64,000 bases of DNA, taken from positions 1,116,001-1,180,000 of the forward strand of contig NW_026781977.1 in the NCBI RefSeq assembly GCF_031769215.1, written 5' to 3'. A program made the position numbers and the translations under genes. This document shows positions 34,962 through 45,620 of the stretch, one piece after another. The notes beneath the pieces were generated by a model. The model had not been told where the DNA came from, did not search any database, and was given only the letters and a program-made list of their open reading frames with translations. Source of the stretch: Ylistrum balloti (taxonomy: Eukaryota). Positions within the stretch are counted from its first letter, which is position 1. Every line of letters begins with the position of its first letter.

Positions 34962-36163
34962 TTTATAAGCTCACCTGGCCCGAAGGAGCATACAGGATAT
35001 CGGAAAATTTATGAGGTCATATTTTTAGAAACTTCAATACATCCATTTGATTTCCATCTTTTAAATGTTTGTCTATAACGTTACTGGGTTGTTTTTCGTA
35101 TCTTATAGTTTAAAATATCGAGGGTATTCTTTGTATTGTCATTTTTCGTGCTAACGTGTGTGTGCTTATCACTGTAACCTCATATCACTTACTATGTATA
35201 TGATATTTACACTTTCTTACTTATGGAATATATATGTATATTATTTTGCATTTTTATGCTCCTGGATCGAAAGGTCGGGGGCATATTGTTTTTGTGCTGT
35301 CTGTCTGTTTGTCTGTCTGTTTTTCTGTTGCCAACTTTAATCTTGCACGTAACTATTGCACGGTAAGAGGGATGGCTTTCATGTGTCCCTTTTTACAAGA
35401 CGTTTCTTGGGTACTAAAATTTTTTACCATATCACCTTGACCTTGACATTTGAAAGTAAACAAAATAATTACCAGAATGAATACAAATGTTTCACAAAGT
35501 GTACATGTAACATGTCTTACACGATTCGATTTTAATGTTCCACTTGTTGCAGTTTTTCATAAACACGTCTTTGTATTATTATTTTATCATTATTTATTTG
35601 TCATAAATAGAATTCCAATATCCAACTATTTACATCTGTTATGTTTTGTTAATGTATGTATATACATAAATATTATTAGAATTATATTAGAATTCATCNN
35701 NNNNNNNNNNNNNNNNNNNNNNNNNNNNNNNNNNNNNNNNNNNNNNNNNNNNNNNNNNNNNNNNNNNNNNNNNNNNNNNNNNNNNNNNNNNNNNNNNNNN
35801 NNNNNNNNNNNNNNNNNNNNNNNNNNNNNNNNNNNNNNNNNNNNNNNNNNNNNNNNNNNNNNNNNNNNNNNNNNNNNNNNNNNNNNNNNNNNNNNNNNNN
35901 NNNNNNNNNNNNNNNNNNNNNNNNNNNNNNNNNNNATCAAGTATGGAATGTAAGTGAAATACCTTGCTCAATGTCAGTATTTGCAGCCCATATCGCCTAC
36001 AGGATTTGAACATGATTGATACATTTAGGTGGTGCTACTGATGCTTCATTCTCTAGTAATTTTCTTCTTCCTCAGACTTAAATGGTTGACAATAAATGCT
36101 CAGTTGATTGACTGAATAGTTGAATTAGCCAGGTGAGCAAAGCAAATCCCTTGGGCCTCATGT
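34962..36163 (+). mobile_element. Helentron/HINE-like element spanning the gap, possibly with a nested second element at ~35251
   Basis: GCTCACCTGG (34969-34978) and CCAGGTGAGC (36129-36138), with a gggcctcatgtt end like the 27116 end; internal tttttatgctcc..(gtct)n start at ~35251. Confidence 0.55.
35699..35935. other. Assembly gap (N run)
   Basis: 237 N. Confidence 1.
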
Positions 36164-36660
36164 TTGGTCATCTGGCCCATCGAATCAGGATAGCTTTCAG
36201 CCATTGTATTTCATCAGCCGCTGGGTGCTGTACATGAACTTTCCAAATATCTTCTTCTCAATAATGATATTAGGCATGTAGCATGCTAGGATGAAAGAAT
36301 AACAAAATTGTTGAAAAGAATGACTGACTTCGACCCATTTTCAAGATCAGAAGCGTCAAATGTGTTAAAATCTCAGACCATTTCTTCTCCCTAACTACAC
36401 TGTCCAGAATGCTGATATTGGGCCTGTATCATGCTAAGATGAAGAGCTACCAATTTTTTTCAAATAACTTACCTTAACGCGCTTTAAGGTAAAAGGGGTT
36501 AAATTGTGTTAATTTTGCAAACAACTTCTTCTCAATAACTATAAAGCCCAGAGTGCTGATATTGGGCCTGTGGCGTACTGGGATGAAGGGTTTGTTCAAA
36601 TGAATGACCCTGACACACTTTCAATGTCATAGGTGTCAAACATGTTGAGAACTTAAAATT
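36162..36660 (+). mobile_element. Helentron/HINE-like element abutting the previous one, with ~135-145-bp internal repeats
   Basis: Begins tttggtcatctggccc; repeated tcttctcaataa..gtgctgatattgggcctgt..gatgaag units related to 27332-28110. Confidence 0.6.
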
Positions 36661-37107
36661 TCTTCTGTCAACAAGTAATAAATCCATAGCCATTATATAT
36701 TTGTTCATGTACTGGTATGTATCTGTTCTGCAAATGTTTGATCATCATATTAATTATTTACTACTATGAAACGTCATGACATTGATGTGCGAATTTCTAC
36801 AGGCTTTATAAAGAATTTCAGTCCACTGTGATAAATACATGATCCCTGTACTGTCTGTACAAAGTATACCACATTGGTAAGACATAGAATACGCGTTGAT
36901 ATTCATAAACGCGAACCTTTAAGAATGAACCTCTACTGCAACAGTAGAAACCATGATTTGACGACAGTCAATAGAAAGGAGAGTCGTATGATAAGTGTCG
37001 CGTATGGTCCTTTTCATTAATTGTAAGCTATTTGTCATTCAAATACCAGTATGTAAAATACTAAGTGCCAAGGACAGAGACACACATGCTTTTAAAGATT
37101 GTACAAT

Positions 37108-37521
37108 AGACACACAAGTGAATAGCACCTTTTAATAATTTAGATTAAGATAGAGTAGAGCCAAACAATGTGTTAAACTGCATCATACAGCTGTTTCGTC
37201 CTTCTAGGACTCGTCAGTGATGCTTAGAACCTAAATTTTGAAGCCTAGGAGGCGACTAAGAAAAATCCAAAGTGATCAAAAGGAAAGTCAAAATCAAGAC
37301 ATGGAGGTGCAGCAGCCCCAAAATTAGATAAAGTTTGTAATTTTCATAAATCAGATAATTTTAGAAAAGCGTCAAATTCATGTTTATTTTCCTTACCGTG
37401 CCAGTATTCGAGACTGAATTAAAACGTGGCAAGCAGGTTACGGCAAACCTCAAGGACTTAAAGTCTACCAGCGGTGTCTTCTACCACCTGCTATCTTGTA
37501 CGAAAGACACACAAGTGAATA
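37108..37521 (-). mobile_element. Retrozyme/Penelope-like non-autonomous unit, 397-bp period, carrying a hammerhead ribozyme
   Basis: 17-bp direct repeat AGACACACAAGTGAATA at 37108-37124 and 37505-37521 brackets the hammerhead. Confidence 0.65.
37180..37223 (-). ncRNA. Minimal type I hammerhead ribozyme
   Basis: Minus strand: GCATCA CTGACGA GTCC TAGAA GGAC GAAAC AGCT GTA TGATGC. It has a 6-bp stem I, the CUGANGA core, a 4-bp stem II, GAAA, a palindromic ACAGCUGU stem III and a GUA cleavage triplet. Confidence 0.88.
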
Positions 37522-40500
37522 ACTTTACTTTGTCTTGATAACATGTAGCAACTTAATAATATTTCACATGTTAATATATTATCGTTTGAATAAGAAAACA
37601 TATGTCGTAGAAATCTAAGCCATTTTTCATAGCCGAACTGGTACAAGATTTGAGGCTGATCATAGGTGACTTATGTTCAATCAAACAGCTCTAAGTGCAA
37701 GTGGAGGGGATAGGAAGAGGTTTGGTCGATAAACAAACACAAGGCTGAGTAGTTGGGTACTTTACATTTTCTCCGAGTGCAAAGATTATCTAATCTGATC
37801 CAAAAGGGGAGCGAAAGATTAATGTTTTCTATCCCCGCTGGCTTATGAATGTGACGTCATTCCAACGATGTCGGCATTAACCTTTTTACCTTTTTATGCA
37901 CCAACGTGTTGCTGCAGTAGAGTCTAATAGTCAAGGTGTTTGGAAGAAGGCCATCATTTGCTCATAGTGATCACTTGACTTCATGTTTCCAGCATTAAAA
38001 ATCATAAATGACATTTCATTTACATTTTCCTTTCGGTTATAATTGATGGAGCGGAAGTGACGTAACCATTCCATGAGAGTAAAGACCACATCAAGAACCG
38101 GTTTGAAAAATCATCGAGTGATCATATATCATGAAATCGCCCATTTTGTTTTAAAAGAATTATATATGCTTATCTGCAGTCTTTATCTTAGCGATATTGA
38201 ATTCAGATTTTAATTTTTACCCTGTTGTGAATCGTGTCTTCTTACCCTATCCACATAACATTTTTAACCTGTTATATTGGCGAAGAGTTACCTCGCCTGA
38301 CATATTTCAATTATATTTCGCCACATTTTGAAATAACTTAGCGTTTGCTTAATCAACCAAATAAAAATCCCTGTTTGTAAAATAAAAAATTATGTGAAAA
38401 CGAAGTTTGCCAAATTTGTTGTTAGGTATATAAATTTGATGTAAACATTTTTTATTGCACATAAATAGCAGTAGGAATGAGGACAAGTTTTACAACTTAC
38501 ATAAAGCCTTTCCCAAACACGTTAATACACACTAAAACCTAAACATACTACTTGTGAATTGCTATCACATCACTTCATGTACTTTGCATACTTCCGCTTT
38601 GTCATTTTTTATCTGGAATATCCGTTTCCACTTGTTCGCTTACACAGAAAAGGTGCAGATACACACATACAATTGCTTTTCCGTTATATATATTATATCG
38701 GAAATGCATAACTCTTTCCATCACTGTTTGATTTTAACTGCACAGTTATATTACCACGGGTATAGATACAGACACGAACTGAGTTCCCCGACATTTAGAT
38801 GAACAAAAGAAAGCAAACAGAAAAAAGTACAGTTTTCAGTTTATTTTGCAGACAAACAATAAAATAGGAATGTTGCTATTGACAACTAAAGCACCTACAT
38901 CTACAAGTATTTGTATTGTATTGCATAACGTCTGAATAGATATGTAGAAAACTTCCAAGCCGTAGTTTCGTATATTCGAATGAATTTGGCCATATACATC
39001 TAAACGGCTTCATCATGATCCACATAGTATAAAATGATACCAACAAATCATTAAACGCTCAATGAAAAAAACATGTATATTGTATCAATCAATTTATGTA
39101 CCCAGAAGGTGTTTTCTTTTGAGACATTTGATTTTTCAAAAATTCTTAAAGTTATTTTTAATTAAATACGATGCTCTATCGCGATAAGAAACATGAAACT
39201 TTAATTAACTTCTTATTGCTCAGTATTGGAAGGCGCCATTCTGAATGGTTTCTAGATAGTATAAAATTATTAAAGAGTCACCGTAGCATAAGTAAATCAG
39301 TATGAATGAACACAAAATGATGTATCAATGCACGATGTCTCTTTACGTTTGAATAAAAAAATATTTTCATCTGAATAAAAATATGAAGAAATCAGTTGAG
39401 CTGTAATTGTATATGTGAAGATAACGGTACACGTAAAAGAATCTAAATCCAAACATAGAACAGAAAGTTCAAAATAAGTTCTTAAGTCGAGGCATGACAA
39501 TTATCATGCATTGATAGAACTAAAGAACTATACAGTTGTCAATTGCATGGTATACGTTCTTGTCGATAATTGTGTCGGATTCACACGACACACTGCTAAT
39601 AAAATATGTACGAGTGATGTTTTAAATTTGTAAAATAAGATCTTCTGGTAGCGCCAGTTTGAAATTCATGATAGACAAATATCTGGGAAGTCATGACCAA
39701 AAATGTATTTTCATGCATGGCTTATCAAATTCATGGTTCGCTTTCTACTATGAGTATGATAAACATGTTCAACATACCTGCTGAAGCAGATTGTACTAAT
39801 GTGTTACGGTATGCACACACAAACACAGAGAAAAAATACCCTTCTAATTTCCCGTCATTAAAAGTGATATTGAGAAATTTGTAATTATATACAATGCGCA
39901 GGGCTTTTGTACTAAATATGATTAAGACCATATATACGAAGAGATTTCGTGTCAAGGCATTTACATTTAAAAGTGCTTATAGACACTTCTTCTCCAAAAA
40001 CCAGAAACTAACCACATCTCTCTACTTCCTAATTTGCAATTAATATAAGCTACTATTTATATATTGTATATATAATATAGATATATCAATCTTTAGATAT
40101 TATATGCAAATAACTATTGTACTAGTGGCTGTTGTCCTTGGTGTTACTAATAACCATGTTTTAAACTTCAGACAATATGTTCATATCAGAGTCGTATCAT
40201 TGGAAATTCTTTCATTTCGAAATTAAATTCGGTCCCGATTTTTGAACAATGAATTCTTTTCTGTAATGAGTTCTTATTTTTTGTCTTTTTTACTACAAAA
40301 ATAAATGAGAAAGAAATTTCTAAAATAATTTTTTATCTCATCTCATAATTTCATTCTGATTTTAAAATGAAAATCATTATTTCAGTAAAAGTTTTCCATG
40401 ACAAATCAGTATGTATATTTATATAGATAACAGGTGCTTCCCATGTTAAACTAAAGCAAGATACCCTTGGTACTGACTGATCTTATAACCATCCTCTCTT

Positions 40501-40608
40501 TACAGGAAGTACGGCTCAAATATAAACAAAAACCGAAATGCAGCCTCGTTTTCCAAAATTTCAACATGGTTAGAACTCAGTTCATTGGCTGCGTAGCATC
40601 GCGTGAAT

Positions 40609-40649
40609 CTAACATCCTTTTGGCCCATCCAATACCTTCTGGATAAATT
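40609..40649 (-). CDS. ELC last coding exon [13 protein letters not shown]
   Basis: tttacag acceptor, TAG at 40611-40609. Confidence 0.88.
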
Positions 40650-43421
40650 CTGTAAATGAAAAGAAAATATGTCAAAACAGTTTAAAGGTAACGCTATTTT
40701 CTCATGTTGTTCATCATGTGATTTCACCAACTAAAAATGACGTAGAATAGAAAAATTCACAGCCGCGGGCTTTATTTCAAAGAATGGTCATCACGTGCAT
40801 TACGTGGAACCTTACTGTTTGTCATTAGAGTTTTAATTTGTTATTTCCATCAACATATGTAAATCTTATTCATTATCAAATTTTAAATAAATACTCCCAT
40901 AACACCAAAGACCAAACTAGAAAACAGAAACAGAAAAAAATCTGAATGCTTTGGGCTACTAATGTGTCACATCTATTATAAAACAAACCACACTTGAAGG
41001 ATTGTATAATTATCAAGAACAACAAATTATAATCATATATTTTCATACGTACATACTGCTAAAAGAAAACGACTGATGAAGAGATTTGAAATCTAAAGGA
41101 TGTATATGTACAAATCTCCCTCAGTGTTTACTTGATATCACTAACCTTCATATTTGATATTGCCGTCCAAATCGGCTTGTATGTCTGTGAGTTCTAAAAT
41201 GTCATCCAATTCGCTATCTTCTAATCGGTCACCTGTCAAGTAAAATATAGATTGTTAGTTACACATATATCGAATGTAACGATCATCTAAATTATATTTC
41301 AACTAAAAGAATGCAAAGAATTGGATGCATTTTCAAATATTCAATATCTATATATAACAACAAGGGAAAAGTTATAAATACATATAATGCATAAACTATT
41401 TGAGCGCGATAACGGAACGAATTTGTTGTAGCAGAATTCAATTAATTCATCACACAAATAGTTCTAGTAGGAGAAAGTAAAGTTAACACAACAAAGAAAA
41501 TCATCATCTGTAGGTAAAAATTAGACGTAACAGAGAATAATTTCACTAAGTTTGAAAAGGAGGGATACCAATTTGGGCCATTCTGAGGTCATTCACTAAT
41601 AGGTTTGTTTTTTCCAAGAATCTGCAGAAGGTCAGCTGCATCAAGTATTCCAGTCAAAACATGAGATATTGAGTGAGATTTTTTTGTTAAATGTATTTTT
41701 ATAAACAAAATGATGTTTTGAATAGCATGACTGAAAAGCATGTTCTTGAAAGTAAAAATAAGAAAAAACGAAACCTTATCAGAAAATGGCCGCAGAATGG
41801 AGAAAATGCAACCCCTCTTTTAACACATCTAATACAATGTCTTATTCATACAGTGAAAAAAACATTCAACAAAGCCATTACTGCGGAAATAATCAAATAA
41901 TTAAAATAAAAAAAACTGTATTCAATATTTAACATCTTATCATGAGAATAAATGCAGCTTGCATAAAACTGAGATGGTTTTTCGTTCATGACAGAGGCCG
42001 CACAACTGTCTTTGATAAAGATACTAATTAAGAGGAGTCATTTGAATCGAGTTTTTGATCTTCATGTTTAGTAGCTGAAATGTTTAGATATAATGTTTCT
42101 TCTAAAAATACCAGGTAAACAAATATTTGCATTTCCATGACAATGCCTCTGTTCCAATATGGAAAGATACGTCCGTTTTGTGGACTTAGATACAGTGTCT
42201 GCTTAACGTCAAAATGGCTATTCCACATAATGGTGTACACTGTCAATAATGAATTAGTAATTCTAATTGAAATCAAGTTATAATCGGGCTTAAATGCATC
42301 ATGCGTAAGGCACATAAATATAAGCAAAAAACAGTTTTGGTCAAGGTTTTTATGGTCGTTATAACTGTCATAACAAAATAGTTCAATGATTCATTGCACC
42401 AACGTCTTTATGACGTTAGTGAAGATGTGCAGTACCTATTGCCGTTAGCACATGTCGCGCCTCTCCCAAAGATATGAAGCCCATGCCCTCTCTGTCGAAA
42501 GACTTGAAGGCCTCCATAAATTCAGCTTTCGTTCCTGTGTCTTTCTCTTTCACAATTTGTTTAACAATTGGCAAAAATTCTTCAAAAGAATACTGTTTCT
42601 CGCCTGTGGAAAGAAATCAAAATCATGAAAGCTTCCTTCCGTAGACACTATGCAGAAATCAAATAATATTTTACTTCAAGCCTCTGTACATTTTCATCAA
42701 AAAGTTTTCATTTTTGTTAAACAAATCTGAACCATCGCAAAATCTCTAAGAACAAAGACAACAAAGATAATAAAATATAAGCAAATGCAACGTTATCTGA
42801 TATAAAACGACCCGATCAGGAGCTGACTAACAGGAAAGAGATTATGATATGATAATACTCCATGTGATATACCGTTATAATACTACACTTTGGGGGCGGA
42901 GATCAGAAAATTATGGCCCGGATGTACAGAATGTACGAACAACTGTGCACTTATTTGGCCTTTCGCCTTGAATTCAGGGTCATCGTCATCATGATATGAT
43001 TGCAGTGCTTGCCTCGTGTTAAATTAATGCAGTCTTAAAGCCTAAGAAGCTAGATTTATCAGAAGACCCGCAACAAAAATGACAATGAATAGAAATGGGG
43101 TTACTATAACGATGTCTCCCTTTATTCGAGACATGAAGCTGATAAAGGGAATCAAAATACATAACCTTTACATGAAACCGAATATGAGAACATCTTTATC
43201 ACAAAAGAATTGAAGTCTGAAATACACTACCAAGGACTTAATCATGGAATGACTTTCAGATAAAGTGATTTTACCCATTTTTTTCGTGCCACCCGTCTTC
43301 CTGACTAGTGTGTCGGTGGGGTTGAGGCCACAGCAGCGAAGAAGATCTCCTACTTTAAAAGCGTCTATAAGCCCGTCTCGACCATCCCAGAAGTCGAAAA
43401 GGTCGAACACGTCCTTCATGT
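40609..43421 (-). CDS. Myosin essential light chain, molluscan type, 5'-partial (4 coding exons)
   Basis: Exons 43421-43275, 42603-42436, 41232-41146 and 40649-40609, all AG/GT and phase 1. Translation: [108 protein letters not shown]. This matches the recalled scallop ELC ([47 protein letters not shown]). Confidence 0.95.
41146..41232 (-). CDS. ELC exon [19 protein letters not shown]
   Basis: tgacag acceptor, gttagt donor. Confidence 0.93.
42436..42603 (-). CDS. ELC exon [19 protein letters not shown]
   Basis: ccacag acceptor, gtactg donor; absent from the ORF track. Confidence 0.95.
43275..43421 (-). CDS. ELC exon, EF-hand I (FDFWDGRDG)
   Basis: ttccag acceptor, gtaaaa donor. Confidence 0.95.
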
Positions 43422-43589
43422 CTGGAAAAAAGCAATTAATCTTAGTGAGAAATCAAACAAACAGGAGGATCAGGGTTGTTTACAGTAAAATAAAAACTTA
43501 TATAACAGAGGGAGTGACAATTATCAAATGATTAAAACAATATAGTAGAATTAAATGTAACAAAAATACATCATTCTTCCATTCAATTT

Positions 43590-44285
43590 TTCAATATTTC
43601 CTCAAAATTTCAGCTCAATGACGCCAGTTTTTCAAGATCATTTCGAACAAATTTGAGCTAAATCCCAGTGGTAGAACTTGGGAAGATATTTAGAATAGTT
43701 GTTGTTGCTGTTGAGGAAAACCATGATAGGGAAATATTGTTACAAAATTGCTGTTGTTGTTATCATGTCGAAGATTTGACGAGACCAATAGATAAAAACA
43801 CTTTGTCGGAGTCCTTTCAATAACATCACTTCAAACTTCTGGAGAAGTTTAAAATGTGTCATATAGCGGTCATAACGGCTTTCGGACCGAGCCGAAAAGT
43901 TAGAACACTCTGTCAGGACCACCTTAGAATATTCCTTGCAAGTTTCAGCTAAATTCCACTCATGGAATTTAAAAAATTTAAAAGAGGCGTTGTTAAAGAA
44001 AACTATGATTGCGCAATCATGTTACAAAATTGTCGCCATGACTGCTATAATGAACTATTCATGAGGACGAACACCATTTTGTCGGCTTTCTTAATTAGTA
44101 GCAGTGGAAAAGGAAACGTTTTGAATGTGTATTTGTTTCAGCACGACGACAATTGCGGCTGTTCTGAATTTCGGACCGACCAGGAAAACAAAAAACTCAG
44201 GAACATTCCTCGCAACTTTAAACTGAACCCCACCATTGGATCTTATGATAATATTTGAAAACGTTAACAGCGACGGACGAAACAG
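43590..44285. repeat. Degenerate ~280-bp tandem units, probably internal to a non-autonomous transposon
   Basis: gaaaac(c/t)atgat..gttacaaaattg at ~43716 and ~43998; ttcggaccga at ~43881 and ~44170. Confidence 0.55.
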
Positions 44286-45169
44286 ATCAGCCTTTCCAAA
44301 TGTCTTTTGACAAGAACGTTTTAAATCCTAATTTAGGTCACGATGTCTTAAAGAGACTGAACTGCAGCAACTAAAGATCCAAATAGGATATCTCAGAGAG
44401 AAAAACAGGTAAATGCCGTGCTGTAATCGAAGAAATGATGGGTAGAAATGAATTAAAGAACGTTTAAACGGCGGCCATGTACAGGTAAAATGAAAATAAA
44501 AACCACAGAAGATATTTCATTAACGGCACTCGTCGTGTTATTCTGACTTTACATGTAATGCCTTGCTCATAAAGTGAGAATCGGGGCAGGTGCAATTCAG
44601 GCCTGATAAATGTTTCAGCAATGGTGTGTGGAAAATGTATGGAATGTGTGACGGAATTAATCACCAGAACTATACAACAAACATGATATGTTTAATTCCA
44701 CAAGGGAAAGTTTACTACAATAAAGGTTTAGAGAATACATCAACCAAATACTTCGGGATCATTTATAGACTGAAGGTTTTCATTCGAAGGATAATTGTTT
44801 TGTATGGGAATGGTGAAATTCTACATGGAATGGAAATAGTTCCACAATTTTGCAGAAGCATGGCATTGTGAATATTCAATTAAAATTATACGACAGAGTA
44901 AGAAACACATTTTTATATTTTCTTATTTTTTCGAGCAATCGGTCACATCGGATTTAACATTAATAAATAATTTATATGGGATGTTTTATACAATTTAATC
45001 AACAAAATATCAAAAACTGTTTATTGCTTGTTTGTTTTTATGTGTTTTTCATTAATTTCAACTTGAATATTAGTGGATATAATGAAACATTCTGTAGAAT
45101 GTCAAATTTGTCAAGGAAAGCATTTAGAATCCCATCACAACGTAATACGGAGTTCATTTTAATCCGAAG

Positions 45170-45620
45170 GCATACATTGGCTTATCATAGTCTCCTAATT
45201 TCAAGTTATATCCCAGGGGATCAAATATATGTCTCAAGTTATATATAAAGGGATCATCCTAATCCCAGGGCACCTATTATAATCCCAGGGCATCAAATAT
45301 ATGTCTCAAGTTATATATGTAAAGGACTTATCATAATCCTAAGGCACTAGATACAAAGTTCTTATCCTAATGACAAGTTATAGACATTGGCCTTGTCCTA
45401 TTTTCAAGGGACCAAATACAGCGGGTTTATTTTAATCCCTATACCAAGTTAAACACAAAAGGCTTATTCTAATGCCAAGTGACATAAATAGTGCTTATTC
45501 CATTTGCAATGGACCAAATACAAATGAATTATCTTAACCTCACGTATACACAGGACTTATCCTAATTCAAAGTTATGTATTAAGGGCTTATCCTAAACCA
45601 AAGGCACATAGTTCCGTTAG
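45170..45620 (+). repeat. Old degenerate short-period repeat (ttatcctaatcccagggcac-like units)
   Basis: Recurring ttatcctaa/cccaggg/caagttat motifs; near-exact 55-bp duplication at ~45207 and ~45280. Confidence 0.6.

Noticed and set aside
35450-36013. ORFs running through N runs (also 50620-50841)
   Set aside because: Artefacts of translating assembly gaps.
41073-41098. CTGATGA followed by a hairpin as a hammerhead
   Set aside because: No GAAA after stem II and no stem I or III pairing; the similar hit at ~52410-52438 (minus) also fails to pair.
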